A stretch of DNA of 64,000 bases from an uncultured Clostridia bacterium (GCA_947632015.1 CANRNP010000002.1:17421-81420); one strand, 5' to 3'. Shown: positions 36,765 to 45,773, counted from the first letter of the stretch. Translations and numbers: made by a program. The notes: generated from the letters alone by a model not told the origin.

Positions 36765-36861
36765 ACGGACATTATACCACAGCCGCGCGGGATTGTAAAG
36801 TTTTTTTCGCAGAGAAAAACGGAGCCGAACGGCTCCGTTTTTCAGATACGTATCATCAAAT

Positions 36862-38262
36862 TCAGTCCGCCGCGGGAGCGTCGGGCGCAGCTGCGGGCGT
36901 TTCCTCCGCCTTTTGCGGGGCGACCGCTTTGGGAAGGGACAGACCCGCCATGCGGTACATCTCTTCGAGCGGGGGAAGGCTTTTGAGCAGACCCGACAAA
37001 AATCCCGCCGTCGCCGTTTTACCGTCCGCGTTCGCGCCGCCGTCCCAGACGGTGACTTTGTCGATCTTGACGCCCGCGATCGCCTTGACCTGTTCGGCAA
37101 CGATCGTTTCGAGCTTGTCGGCGATGAGAAGGCGCACCGCTTCGTCGGAGCTTCCCGCGCTTCTGACGAGGGCGTCCATACCTTCCGCCTGTTTGGTGAG
37201 TTTTTCTTTGGCGCCGCGCGCTTCGGCATCCATCTTGGCATAGATGGCGTCCGCTTCGCCCTGCGCCTTTCTCCGCGTCTGTTCGGCGACCGCTTCCGCC
37301 TCGATTTCGAGTTTGCGTTTTTCGATGTCCGCCGCGACGATGACGTCCGCTTCCTTCGTCGCTTTTTCGCGCGCCGCACGGGCAATCTCGGCGCTCTGCT
37401 CGGCGGCGTAGCTCTCTTCGAGCGCCTTTGCCGCCTGCACCTTTTCCGCGGTGACGGCGAGTTTCAGCGCCTCGGCTTCCTTTTCGCGGAGCTGTGCCTG
37501 GGAACGGGCGATCTCCGCCTTTGCCTTGTTTTCGCCGTCGATCGCCTGCGATTCTGCCTCCGCCACGCGGATACGCTGTTCGCGCTTGGCGTTCGCCTCG
37601 CCGATGGAACCCTTCTTGTCCTCTTCGGCGACGGAAATTTTCGCGTCGTTGATCGCCTTTGCCGCCGCCTCTTTGCCGAGGGCGACGATGTAACCGCTCT
37701 CGTCGGTGATGTCGGTGACGTTCACGTTGATGAGCCTGAGCCCCACCTTTTTGAGTTCGCCTTCGACGTTGCGGGAGATGGCTTCGAGGAATTTATCGCG
37801 GTCAGCGTTGATCTCCTCGATGTTCATCGTCGCGATGACGAGACGGAGCTGTCCGAAGATGATATCCCGCGCGAGATCGGAGATCTGCGAGAGGGTGAGC
37901 ATTCTCAGCCGTTCGGCGGCGTTCTGCATCACGCCGGGATCGGTGGAGACGCCCACGGTGAAGATGCTCGGCACGTCGATACGGATGTTCTGCTTGGAGA
38001 GGGCGCTTTTGAGGTCAACCGAGATGGAGAGCGGGGTCAGATCCATAAAGGTGTACTTCTGGAAGAAGGGCGCCACAAAGGAAGCGCCGCCGTGGACGCA
38101 TTTTGCGCTCCGGTAGGTGCCGTCGGGATTCGGACGGATCTTACCGTAGATGATCATGATCTTATCGGGCGGGCAGGTCTTATAGCGCACGGCGATGGTG
38201 AGCACGATGAGCACGACGATCAGAACCGCCACAACGATAACGGCAACGATTGCGGGTGACAT
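36862..38262 (-). CDS. Flotillin-family SPFH-domain protein (FloT/YuaG-like)
   Basis: 466 aa. N-terminal TM helix, an SPFH domain, then a long Ala/Glu-rich coiled-coil flotillin repeat region (EAEALKLAVTAEKVQAAKALEESYAAEQSAEIARAAREKA...). Confidence 0.88.
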   Translation of the reverse strand: MSPAIVAVIVVAVLIVVLIVLTIAVRYKTCPPDKIMIIYGKIRPNPDGTYRSAKCVHGGASFVAPFFQKYTFMDLTPLSISVDLKSALSKQNIRIDVPSIFTVGVSTDPGVMQNAAERLRMLTLSQISDLARDIIFGQLRLVIATMNIEEINADRDKFLEAISRNVEGELKKVGLRLINVNVTDITDESGYIVALGKEAAAKAINDAKISVAEEDKKGSIGEANAKREQRIRVAEAESQAIDGENKAKAEIARSQAQLREKEAEALKLAVTAEKVQAAKALEESYAAEQSAEIARAAREKATKEADVIVAADIEKRKLEIEAEAVAEQTRRKAQGEADAIYAKMDAEARGAKEKLTKQAEGMDALVRSAGSSDEAVRLLIADKLETIVAEQVKAIAGVKIDKVTVWDGGANADGKTATAGFLSGLLKSLPPLEEMYRMAGLSLPKAVAPQKAEETPAAAPDAPAAD

Positions 38263-38339
38263 TTCTGTTTTTTTCTCCTTTTTTTATTTTTTGATATTCC
38301 GGGCGGAAAACTCCGCCCCGGCGGGAAAGAGCTTTCCCG

Positions 38340-38915
38340 TCATTTCTTTTTCACGATGGCGAAGTCGTCGGAATAGCCGACGATCTCCACCTCTTCGTCG
38401 ACGGAGAGCCTGTCTCCGTCCGTAACGGCGTCGATCTCCATATATTTGCCCTGCGCGGTGAGGGTAATCTTGCCCCTTCCGGAACGGGAGGCGGGCACGC
38501 TCACGTAGACCGTAGCCGTTTTCCCGACGAGTTTTTCCGTTTCGAGATTGCCGCTACACTGCAATTTGGCGATCCCGCGGAGGGCGAACGCCACGCCGAG
38601 GAGCGCCGCCGTGCCCGTGAGCACAGAGACGAGAATGGGCAGCCAGTAATTATCGGGGGGCAAAAAGGTCGCCGTGGCGAAGCCGCACCAGCCGCCGAGC
38701 GCAAAGAACGCCGTGAGGCTCTTTAAGGTAAAGATCCCCAGCCCGCCGTCCGTGTCGGTATCGCCGTTCATATCGAAATCGCCGTCGGCGTCGAGATCTC
38801 CTCCGCCGAAAGAGACGATGAGCATGACGATCTGCACGATGAGAAGCACGCTCGCAACGACCGAGATCCAAAAATAGACCTGTTCGAGCACTGTCATACT
38901 TGTAAACCAGTTCAT
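38340..38915 (-). CDS. NfeD-family membrane protein (YuaF-like partner of flotillin)
   Basis: 191 aa. TM helices followed by a C-terminal OB-like NfeD domain (GKTATVYVSVPASRSGRGKITLTAQGKYMEIDAVTDGDRLSVDEEVEIV). Lies immediately upstream of the flotillin gene. Confidence 0.8.
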   Translation of the reverse strand: MNWFTSMTVLEQVYFWISVVASVLLIVQIVMLIVSFGGGDLDADGDFDMNGDTDTDGGLGIFTLKSLTAFFALGGWCGFATATFLPPDNYWLPILVSVLTGTAALLGVAFALRGIAKLQCSGNLETEKLVGKTATVYVSVPASRSGRGKITLTAQGKYMEIDAVTDGDRLSVDEEVEIVGYSDDFAIVKKK

Positions 38916-38978
38916 AATGTTTCCTCCGGGAATTCCTGTTTCTTTTATAACACCGTTTTGAAGGGTTCAAACACCCTC

Positions 38979-39446
38979 TCAGCCCTGCAAAAGGATGACG
39001 GGGACCCCCTTTTTACGGGCATAGCCGACGGTGTATGCCGTGCCGCCCTTGTTTTGGGTGAGATAGGCGAGCACGACGTCGGCGCAGTCTACCATATAGC
39101 GGTCGCGGGCGAGAAAACAGCCGCTCACATAGCCGTCGAAGAGGACGGTTTTGCGGTCGCACCACGAGAGCAACTCCCCGTACCTCTTTTTTTCGCGCTG
39201 CAAGAGCCTCTCCTCGTGCCCGCGGTAGGGAATGCACGCCTCGATGTAGATCCGCTTCTTCTGTTTCAGATCGGCGAGACATTCGAGCGCCAACAGATCG
39301 AATCCTTCCGCCATTCCGCAAAGAAAGGTATCGCATCCCGCCGAAATGATCTCTTCCAAGCGGTCGTAGAGCAGGTTTTGATCGAAATCGGGGGGGATTA
39401 CGCGGTGCCCCGTCAGCGCGCATACCGTATAGAGCAATTCTTTCAT
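38979..39446 (-). CDS. SLOG-superfamily protein, YpsA/DUF1273-like
   Basis: 155 aa. The ALTGHR motif is near the N-terminus, with a Rossmann-like pattern (FLCGMAEGFDLLA...GGTAYTV). Its start overlaps the rsmG stop (39443-39446). Confidence 0.65.
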   Translation of the reverse strand: MKELLYTVCALTGHRVIPPDFDQNLLYDRLEEIISAGCDTFLCGMAEGFDLLALECLADLKQKKRIYIEACIPYRGHEERLLQREKKRYGELLSWCDRKTVLFDGYVSGCFLARDRYMVDCADVVLAYLTQNKGGTAYTVGYARKKGVPVILLQG

Positions 39447-40141
39447 AAGATCGGCGCGCTCCTCTCCTTTCCCCTGCCGCGCGGATATTGCAAGGGCGTC
39501 TCCCGCTTTTTCTCCACGCGGACCAGCATCCTCTCCCCCGCCTGTTCGGGAAGAGAAAACGCCGTAACTTCGGGTTTTCCCCCGCCGAGCAAAGAGATCG
39601 CCCGCTCCGCTTCGGCAATTTCCTCCTCTGCGTTCCCCTTATACGCGATGAAAGATCCCCCCTTTTTCACGAAGGGAAGGCAATATTCCGCCAGCGTGTT
39701 CATCCGCGCCACGGCGCGCGCACAGCAGACGTCGAACTTCTCGCGGAAGGCGCCGCGAGCGGCTTCTTCGGCGCGGCAGCAAAACACTTCCGTCCCTTCA
39801 AGCTCTAACTCGCGGACGGCGACGCGCAAAAATTCGCACTTTTTCGCCGTGCTCTCGAAGAGGGAAAAGGTAAGATCGCCGCGCACGATCTTCAACGGCA
39901 GAGAGGGAAACCCCGCCCCCGAACCCACTTCGGCGACAGAGGCGTTTTGCGGAAAGAGAAATTCCCCCGCCACCGAATCGAGAAAATGTTTATAGAGAAT
40001 CTCCTTTTCGCCGACGATCGACGTCAGGTTGAATTTTTTGTTGTAAAAGAGGAGAATTTCCCGGTAGCGGTCGAATTTTTCGGCGAATTTTTCCGTTATC
40101 AGGCGAAGATCTCCCGCAAGATCGGGCTCTTTTTGCTGCAT
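39443..40141 (-). CDS. rsmG: 16S rRNA (guanine527-N7)-methyltransferase RsmG (GidB)
   Basis: 232 aa. NLTSIVGEKEILYKHFLDSV...VAEVGSGAGFPSLPLKI is the SAM-binding motif. Confidence 0.9.
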   Translation of the reverse strand: MQQKEPDLAGDLRLITEKFAEKFDRYREILLFYNKKFNLTSIVGEKEILYKHFLDSVAGEFLFPQNASVAEVGSGAGFPSLPLKIVRGDLTFSLFESTAKKCEFLRVAVRELELEGTEVFCCRAEEAARGAFREKFDVCCARAVARMNTLAEYCLPFVKKGGSFIAYKGNAEEEIAEAERAISLLGGGKPEVTAFSLPEQAGERMLVRVEKKRETPLQYPRGRGKERSAPIL

Positions 40142-40507
40142 ATTAAGATTATATCACGATTTTCTCTTTTTTTCAACCGTTTGTGGAAAAAGGGTACGCT
40201 TTTTTTCCACACTGTGGACTTCTTTGGGGATAACTTTCCTTCTTTCTCCGCTCTTTGGGCGGCGGGAAAATTTCCCCTTTTGCCGCGGGTGGACAAGTTT
40301 TTTTTCCCAACATTTTATCCACAGCTCCTTCCACAAAGAATTTCCGCTCCATTTTTCCGAAAATCTCGCTTTTTACTTGAACTTTTTCGGGAATTTCGCT
40401 ATAATATAGGAAAATAAGAAAGATGGGACGAGCTTTTCCACAATTCCACCCTCTTTATTATTACTATTAAAAAATCTTATTTATAAAATACCACAAGGAG
40501 AGAAGGA
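40142..40507. other. Candidate chromosomal replication origin (oriC): DnaA-box cluster plus an AT-rich unwinding tract
   Basis: DnaA boxes seen:
- TTATCCACA at 40315-40323 (perfect)
- TTTTCCACA at 40203-40211 and 40434-40442
- TGTGGAAAA (inverted TTTTCCACA) at 40182-40190
- a weaker inverted box at 40288-40296
An A/T tract runs 40455-40495. Gene-strand bias switches here, and origin-proximal marker genes lie on both sides. Confidence 0.6.
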
Positions 40508-41605
40508 ATGAAATTCGTATGCGACGGGCTTTCCCTTTCGGAAGCGGTTACAAAAACAAGCAAGGCATGTGCGATCAGGACCACGGCTCCCATTATGGAA
40601 TGCGTGAAAATTTCCGTAAAGAGCGACGAGGTGGTGTTGCTTGCCACGGACGGGGAGCTCTCCATCCGCAAGACGGTGAAGGCGGAAGTCTTTGAGGAAG
40701 GCGAAATCTGCGTGACGGGAAAACTTCTTTCCGACCTTCTCGGAAAACTTTCCGAAGAAGAGGTAACGGTAAAGACGGGCGACCGCGGGCTGGAAATTTG
40801 CTACCGCGATTCCTCTTCCTTTTTGCAGACCCTTCCTGCGGAGGAATTCCCCAAGATTGACCTTGAAATCGGGGAAAATTATTTCGTGATCAAACAGGGC
40901 GCGCTCAAAAAGATCATTGCGGAGACGGTATTTTGCTGTGCGCAGGACGATTCCCGCCCCATTCTCAAAGGATGTCTCTTCGAATTCAAAGAGAAGCTGG
41001 AAGCAACGGCGCTCGACGGCTACCGACTCGCCCTCTCTTCGGCGGAGATCCTCTCCGGGAACGAGGAACAGAGCATCATCTGCCCCGCGCGCACCCTCGT
41101 GGAAATTTCCCGCATGCTCGGCGAGGACGACGAAGAAATCACCGTCTATACGCAGGGGGGAAATCTTCTCGTCGGTACGGGCAATATGACGATCGTCTCC
41201 CGCCTCTACCGCGGCGAATTCATCCGCAAAGAGAGCGTTCTTCCGCCCTCCTTCCTCACCGAAGTGACGGTAAACCGCGCCCAGCTCATATCGAGCGCGG
41301 AGCGCGCCGCCATCCTCATCCGCGGGGACAAGAACAACCTCGTTACCCTCGAAATCGGCGGAGAGAGCTTGAAAATCCGTTCCGTCTCCGACGCGGGCAA
41401 CGTTTACGAGAGTATCCCGGCGCGCACGGCGGGCAAGGACCTTACCATCTCCATGAATGCGAAATATCTGCTCGACGCCCTCCGCGCGCTCGAAGAAGAG
41501 GAGTGTGTTCTCTCCTTCAACGGGGCGATTTCTCCCTTTATTCTTCAAAATAAGGAAAAGAAAGACAGCCTTTATTTGATTTTACCCGTCAGAAACGCGC
41601 AATAA
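40508..41605 (+). CDS. dnaN: DNA polymerase III beta subunit (sliding clamp)
   Basis: 365 aa. MKFVCDGLSLSEAVTKTSKACAIRTTAPIMECVKISVKSDEVVLLATDGELSIRK... AAGGAGAG RBS. Confidence 0.93.
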   Translation: MKFVCDGLSLSEAVTKTSKACAIRTTAPIMECVKISVKSDEVVLLATDGELSIRKTVKAEVFEEGEICVTGKLLSDLLGKLSEEEVTVKTGDRGLEICYRDSSSFLQTLPAEEFPKIDLEIGENYFVIKQGALKKIIAETVFCCAQDDSRPILKGCLFEFKEKLEATALDGYRLALSSAEILSGNEEQSIICPARTLVEISRMLGEDDEEITVYTQGGNLLVGTGNMTIVSRLYRGEFIRKESVLPPSFLTEVTVNRAQLISSAERAAILIRGDKNNLVTLEIGGESLKIRSVSDAGNVYESIPARTAGKDLTISMNAKYLLDALRALEEEECVLSFNGAISPFILQNKEKKDSLYLILPVRNAQ

Positions 41606-41609
41606 TCGC

Positions 41610-41638
41610 TTGACGAAAAGAGGGAAAATCTTTATAAT
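41610..41638 (+). promoter_or_regulatory. SigA-type promoter for rpmH-rnpA-yidD-yidC-jag
   Basis: TTGACG (41610-41615), 17 nt, TATAAT (41633-41638). Confidence 0.6.
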
Positions 41639-41672
41639 CAAATCGGAAACACGAAAATAGGAGTATTTTATT

Positions 41673-41807
41673 ATGAAAAGAACTTACCAGCCCAAAAAGA
41701 GACAGAAAAGCAAGGTTCACGGCTTCCGCAAGAGAATGGCGACCAAAGGGGGCAGAAACGTTCTCAAAAGAAGGAGAAACAAGGGGAGAAAGCACATCTC
41801 CGCATAA
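41673..41807 (+). CDS. rpmH: 50S ribosomal protein L34
   Basis: Below the ORF-track size cut-off. My translation: [44 protein letters not shown] (44 aa), with a GGAG RBS. Confidence 0.93.
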   Translation: MKRTYQPKKRQKSKVHGFRKRMATKGGRNVLKRRRNKGRKHISA

Positions 41808-41808
41808 C

Positions 41809-42132
41809 GTGAAATATCAAAGGGTAAAGAAAAAGAAAGAGTTCAAAAAGATCCTTACGGCGGGGAAACGCGCGTATAGCGCCTCCGTGACGGTGGTTTA
41901 TCTCCCTGCCGAAGGGACAAGCATGGCGGTTTGCGTCGGAAAAAAATACGGGAAGAGCGTGCAAAGAAACCACATCAAACGGCTGCTCCGCGAAGCGTTC
42001 CGCGCGCAGGGAGATTTTCCGCTCCCCTATTCTTTTTTACTCATACCGAAGCCCGCCGAAAGTTATTCCTTCGAATCGTTCCGGCGGGATATCCACAGCA
42101 TATTCAAAAGGGAAAAGCTCGCGGATGATTAA
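41809..42132 (+). CDS. rnpA: Ribonuclease P protein component
   Basis: 107 aa, GTG start. KKKEFKKILTAGKRAYSASVTVVYLPA...GKKYGKSVQRNHIKRLLREAFR. Canonical position after rpmH. Confidence 0.88.
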   Translation: MKYQRVKKKKEFKKILTAGKRAYSASVTVVYLPAEGTSMAVCVGKKYGKSVQRNHIKRLLREAFRAQGDFPLPYSFLLIPKPAESYSFESFRRDIHSIFKREKLADD

Positions 42133-42424
42133 GCTCGGCGCGGTCATGGGAGAGAATTTCCGCTATCTGCGGAAATGTTTTTGCCGCAATCTCTTGAAGG
42201 GAGGTTGCATCCGTATGATCTGTTTTTACCAGAAAAAACTCTCCCGCCACACCTGCCTTTACGAGCCGACTTGTTCGGAATACACCAAGCGGTGCATCAA
42301 TAACTGGGGGGTGCCCGTCGGCATCCTCTTGGGAATGTGGCGGATCCTTCGGTGCAACCCCTTCTCCAAGGGGGGAAAAGATCCCGCGCCCGAAGTATTC
42401 TGGAAAGTCCGCTGGCTCCTTTGA
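42125..42424 (+). CDS. yidD: Membrane protein insertion efficiency factor YidD
   Basis: FYQKKLSRHTCLYEPTCSEYTKRCINNWGVPVGILLGMWRILRCNPFSKGGKDPAP. The true start may be an internal Met, for example MGENF at 42146. Confidence 0.85.
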   Translation: MIKLGAVMGENFRYLRKCFCRNLLKGGCIRMICFYQKKLSRHTCLYEPTCSEYTKRCINNWGVPVGILLGMWRILRCNPFSKGGKDPAPEVFWKVRWLL

Positions 42425-42438
42425 ATCAAAACAACGAT

Positions 42439-43899
42439 ATGATTTCATTTCCTCTTCTCGAACAGGGATTTTACATCGATCTCAACTGGTTGGGGCAGCT
42501 CGTGCGGCTCATCATCGACGGCGTCGGAATTGTCGGCGTCGGCGTCATTGTTTTTGCGCTCATCCTCAAAGCGATCACCACCCCCTTCGATATTTATCAG
42601 CGGGTGAAGATGCGCAAGCAGAACCTCATCATGGAGCAGATGAAGCCCGAACTCGAAAAACTGCAAAAGCAGTATGCGAACGACAAGCAGACGTACAGCA
42701 TGAAGATGCTCGAACTGCAAAAAAAGAACGGGTACAGCATGCTCGGCGCCTGTCTGCCCATGATCATCTCCCTCGCGATCCTCATCATCGCCATCTGGGC
42801 GTTCCAGTCCTATGCGCAATATGCGAATCTCTCGATGTACGAGAGAATGGCGGAAGGATATAACAGCGCCGTGCTCGAATATGCGGTGGACGGGAAGGAC
42901 TATCATTTTGCGGCGGAGGAAGAGGAAAACGGCGAGCTCGTCATAGGGAGCGGGAAGTTTACCGACGAAGGCGCGGACGGCGTGAGATCGTTTACCGAGG
43001 ACGGGATCGTCTATTCCCTCATCGAGGAAGAAAACGGCATTAAAAGAATGGAGGTGAAGAGCCTCTCTCCCGAAAAATGCCTCTTCTACCGCTATACGCT
43101 TGAACCCGAAAACCTCGGCAGGACCTATTATATCGACCTTGAAAAGGTAAAACAAAACGGGGAGATGTGGGAGGCGATCCAGGCGCTGATGACGCAGGAA
43201 GTGACGACGGATTCGGGCACGGAGACGGTGACGATCCCCGTCGATACCGCGTGCATCGCCTATTTCCAGTCAATCGGCTCGGCGGCTTCGGCAAACGTGT
43301 TCCGCAACGAGAAGAACCCCGGATTCCTCTGGGTGAAAAACGTTTGGTATCCCGACGTCTCGTACAATCACCCCATCCAGAACTATTCGGGCGGAATGGG
43401 CTCCTTTAAGACCACCTTCAATTCGGGGATCCGCTCTCCGAAATGGGAGGGAGAAAAGAGCATCGGCGAAGTCATCTCCGAGGCGAACTACAACGCGCTC
43501 ACCGCAGACCTGTCTGCCGAAAAATCGCAGCCGAACGGCTATTTCGTGATGATCATCATCTCGATCGGGCTCATGCTCCTCTCGCAGTTCATCACGATGC
43601 GGAGCAGCAAAACGGCAAACCAGTACCAAACGGTAGACGGGCAGGGCGCGGCGTCGCAAAAGATCATGATGGTCATCATGCCCCTCATGTTCGCGGTATT
43701 CGGGTTCATGTGGAGCGCGGCGTTCACCATTTATAACATCATCAGCAGTTTCATCTCCATTGTCGTAACGATCGCCACGAATTTCGTCATCGGCAGGATC
43801 TTCAACAAAAAGGAAGAGGAGGCGCTCAAAGAGCGGTACACCCGCAGCGTTCCGTGGAAGAACGACGGCGAGGATAAGAAAAAGGGAAAGAGAAAATAA
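42439..43899 (+). CDS. yidC: YidC/Oxa1-family membrane insertase with an unusually large extracytoplasmic loop
   Basis: Start at the ATG at 42439 (MISFPLLEQG...). TM1 is followed by a coiled-coil hairpin (KMRKQNLIMEQMKPELEKLQKQYANDKQTYSMKMLELQKKNG) and TM2. An insertion of about 200 aa precedes the conserved GFLWVKNVWYPD motif, which is followed by the remaining TM helices and a basic tail. Confidence 0.85.
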   Translation: MISFPLLEQGFYIDLNWLGQLVRLIIDGVGIVGVGVIVFALILKAITTPFDIYQRVKMRKQNLIMEQMKPELEKLQKQYANDKQTYSMKMLELQKKNGYSMLGACLPMIISLAILIIAIWAFQSYAQYANLSMYERMAEGYNSAVLEYAVDGKDYHFAAEEEENGELVIGSGKFTDEGADGVRSFTEDGIVYSLIEEENGIKRMEVKSLSPEKCLFYRYTLEPENLGRTYYIDLEKVKQNGEMWEAIQALMTQEVTTDSGTETVTIPVDTACIAYFQSIGSAASANVFRNEKNPGFLWVKNVWYPDVSYNHPIQNYSGGMGSFKTTFNSGIRSPKWEGEKSIGEVISEANYNALTADLSAEKSQPNGYFVMIIISIGLMLLSQFITMRSSKTANQYQTVDGQGAASQKIMMVIMPLMFAVFGFMWSAAFTIYNIISSFISIVVTIATNFVIGRIFNKKEEEALKERYTRSVPWKNDGEDKKKGKRK

Positions 43900-43920
43900 T
43901 TTCGGAAAGAAGGTAGCGAT

Positions 43921-44838
43921 ATGGAAAGTCAGCAGGTGTTCAGCGGAAAAACGGTGGAAGAAGCCGTGGAAGCGGGCTTGAAAGAGTTGGGCGTTACGCG
44001 CGAAGAAGTGGACGTGGAAGTTTTGGAAGAGGGCAAGAAGCGGCTGTTCGGTTCGGTCCCCGCACAGGTAAAACTTACCGTGAAACCCAAACTTACCGAC
44101 GGAGAGCGCGCCGTCGCCTTTTTGGAGGGGCTGTTTGAACGGCTCGCCATCGAGGCGGTCCCCACCCTCCGCGAAGAGGACGAGAAGATCGTGATCGATC
44201 TTGCTACGGCAGAGCCGAACAAAGGGCTCATCGGTCGGCGCGGCGAATTGATCGACGCGATCCAGACGCTGGCGGGCGCGGTCGCCAATACGGGCAGGAG
44301 AGATTATAAGCGGGTCGTGGTGGACTGCGGAAGTTACCGCGAGGACCGCGAAGAGACCCTTCGCCATGTGGCGGAAAAACTCGCGCAGAAGGCGGTGCGG
44401 CTGGGGAAGAAGGTCCGCCTCGAACCGATGAATCCCTATGAGCGGCGGATCATCCATTCGGCGCTCGTCGATAACCCCGACGTCACGACGAAGAGCGAAG
44501 GCAAGGAGCCGGTGCGCTACGTCGTCATCATTCCCAACAGGCTCAAACCCTATGAGCGCCGCGACCGGGGCGGAAAAGACCGCGGCAGATACGGCGACAG
44601 AAAGGGCGGCGGAAACGGTAAATACGGCGAAAAGAAGCCCTATCCCAAGCGCGAGCTCCCCGCAGAGGGCACCCCGCAGACTTCGGGCACGAGCTTCAAC
44701 CGCGGCGGAAGCGGCAGCGGCTACAAAAAAGGCGGCTTTTCGGGGTTCTTCGGGACCTACCTCGGCAACTCGCGCGACGCGGAGACTTCCGGGGAAACTT
44801 CGCCCGAAACACCCGAAACGCCCGAAAGCGACGAATAA
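43921..44838 (+). CDS. jag: Jag/KhpB (SpoIIIJ-associated) RNA-binding protein: Jag-N, KH and R3H domains plus a Gly/Arg/Lys-rich tail
   Basis: MESQQVFSGKTVEEAVEAGLKELGVTREEVDVEVLEEGKKRLFG (Jag_N). LIGRRGELIDAIQTL (KH). YERRIIHSAL (R3H). Confidence 0.85.
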   Translation: MESQQVFSGKTVEEAVEAGLKELGVTREEVDVEVLEEGKKRLFGSVPAQVKLTVKPKLTDGERAVAFLEGLFERLAIEAVPTLREEDEKIVIDLATAEPNKGLIGRRGELIDAIQTLAGAVANTGRRDYKRVVVDCGSYREDREETLRHVAEKLAQKAVRLGKKVRLEPMNPYERRIIHSALVDNPDVTTKSEGKEPVRYVVIIPNRLKPYERRDRGGKDRGRYGDRKGGGNGKYGEKKPYPKRELPAEGTPQTSGTSFNRGGSGSGYKKGGFSGFFGTYLGNSRDAETSGETSPETPETPESDE

Positions 44839-44844
44839 CGGTAC

Positions 44845-44883
44845 AAAAAAACGCCGTCCGCAGGTAAGCGGACGGCGTTTTTA
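44845..44883. terminator. Bidirectional Rho-independent terminator
   Basis: AAAAAAACGCCGTCCGC-aggtaa-GCGGACGGCGTTTTT. Confidence 0.8.
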
Positions 44884-44888
44884 CAAAC

Positions 44889-45119
44889 TCAGTTGTTTTT
44901 CAGCCATTCCTGCGCCTTCGCCTTTGCAAAAGCGGTAATGGTCTCTTTGGCGTAGGGCGAACTCTCGCCGCCGTAGGTGTACAGGAAGTAGTCCCCTTCC
45001 GCCGTTTGATACATCGTCATTTCATAACCTGCGGGATCGCCGTACGCGCCGCTCGTCACTTTCTTCACGACGATAGCCGTCTCGGTATCGTAGGTCTTGT
45101 TTTTGGTTTTCTTGACCAT
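44889..45119 (-). CDS. Hypothetical small protein (76 aa)
   Basis: Start at the ATG at 45117-45119: MVKKTKNKTYDTETAIVVKKVTSGAYGDPAGYEMTMYQTAEGDYFLYTYGGESSPYAKE... No family recognised. Confidence 0.45.
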   Translation of the reverse strand: MVKKTKNKTYDTETAIVVKKVTSGAYGDPAGYEMTMYQTAEGDYFLYTYGGESSPYAKETITAFAKAKAQEWLKNN

Positions 45120-45212
45120 GGTTTTTCTCCTTTTTTTCTTTATTCTATTCCCTTTGGAAAATTTCGTCAAATCAATTTCGGGAAATTTCAAAAATGATTG
45201 AAAATGTGAATT

Positions 45213-45773
45213 TTATACGACCGTTTGTGAATTTTTATCCATTTCCACCCCTTCGAGCCATTCCGCCACCGCCGAAGCGATCATCTCCGCCATGCCGAAC
45301 ACCAGATGCAGCCGCGTTAAATTCAGCATCGAGTAGGAAAACGACGCCTTTTCGCCGATGATGCCGAGCAGGGAGACGTCCCCTATCTCGCCTAAACGTT
45401 TGTTTGCTCCCGATCCCGGACGGAGGGGGCTGTCGGAGAGCTTCACGAGCCCCGTTTCCGAGACTTCGCCGACCGCCGCGTCGATGGCGATGATGCGGGA
45501 ATCGGGGTGCGTTTTCCGCAAAAATTCCCGCAAATATTTGACTTCTTTCGCCGTGATCGGGGAGCGCAGGCTTCCATAGAGATAGGCGTTCTTTGCTCCC
45601 TTTGCGCGGCGCAGAAGGGTCCCCGTGATCGGACCGAGGCTGTCCCCTATCGCCAAATCGCTTCCGATGCACAGAACGACGGGCGGCGCGTCGGTCGGCG
45701 TTATGAGCCTTCTGAGGGCCGCCGTAAGCCCCGTTTTCGCCATGGTGTTGCAAACGTGAAAGGCAAATTCCAT
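45213..45773 (-). CDS. yyaC: YyaC-family putative sporulation protease (germination-protease-like fold)
   Basis: VVLCIGSDLAIGDSLGPITGTLL...RIIAIDAAVG matches the YyaC signature. In Bacillus, yyaC is also origin-proximal next to parB. Confidence 0.75.
   Translation of the reverse strand: MEFAFHVCNTMAKTGLTAALRRLITPTDAPPVVLCIGSDLAIGDSLGPITGTLLRRAKGAKNAYLYGSLRSPITAKEVKYLREFLRKTHPDSRIIAIDAAVGEVSETGLVKLSDSPLRPGSGANKRLGEIGDVSLLGIIGEKASFSYSMLNLTRLHLVFGMAEMIASAVAEWLEGVEMDKNSQTVV

Noticed and set aside
40142-41605. Possibility that a degenerate or hidden dnaA lies next to dnaN
   Set aside because: The rsmG-dnaN gap is only 366 bp with no ORF. The ORFs listed around it are antisense shadows of dnaN. 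No AAA+ or DnaA domain IV motifs appear in any frame of the window.
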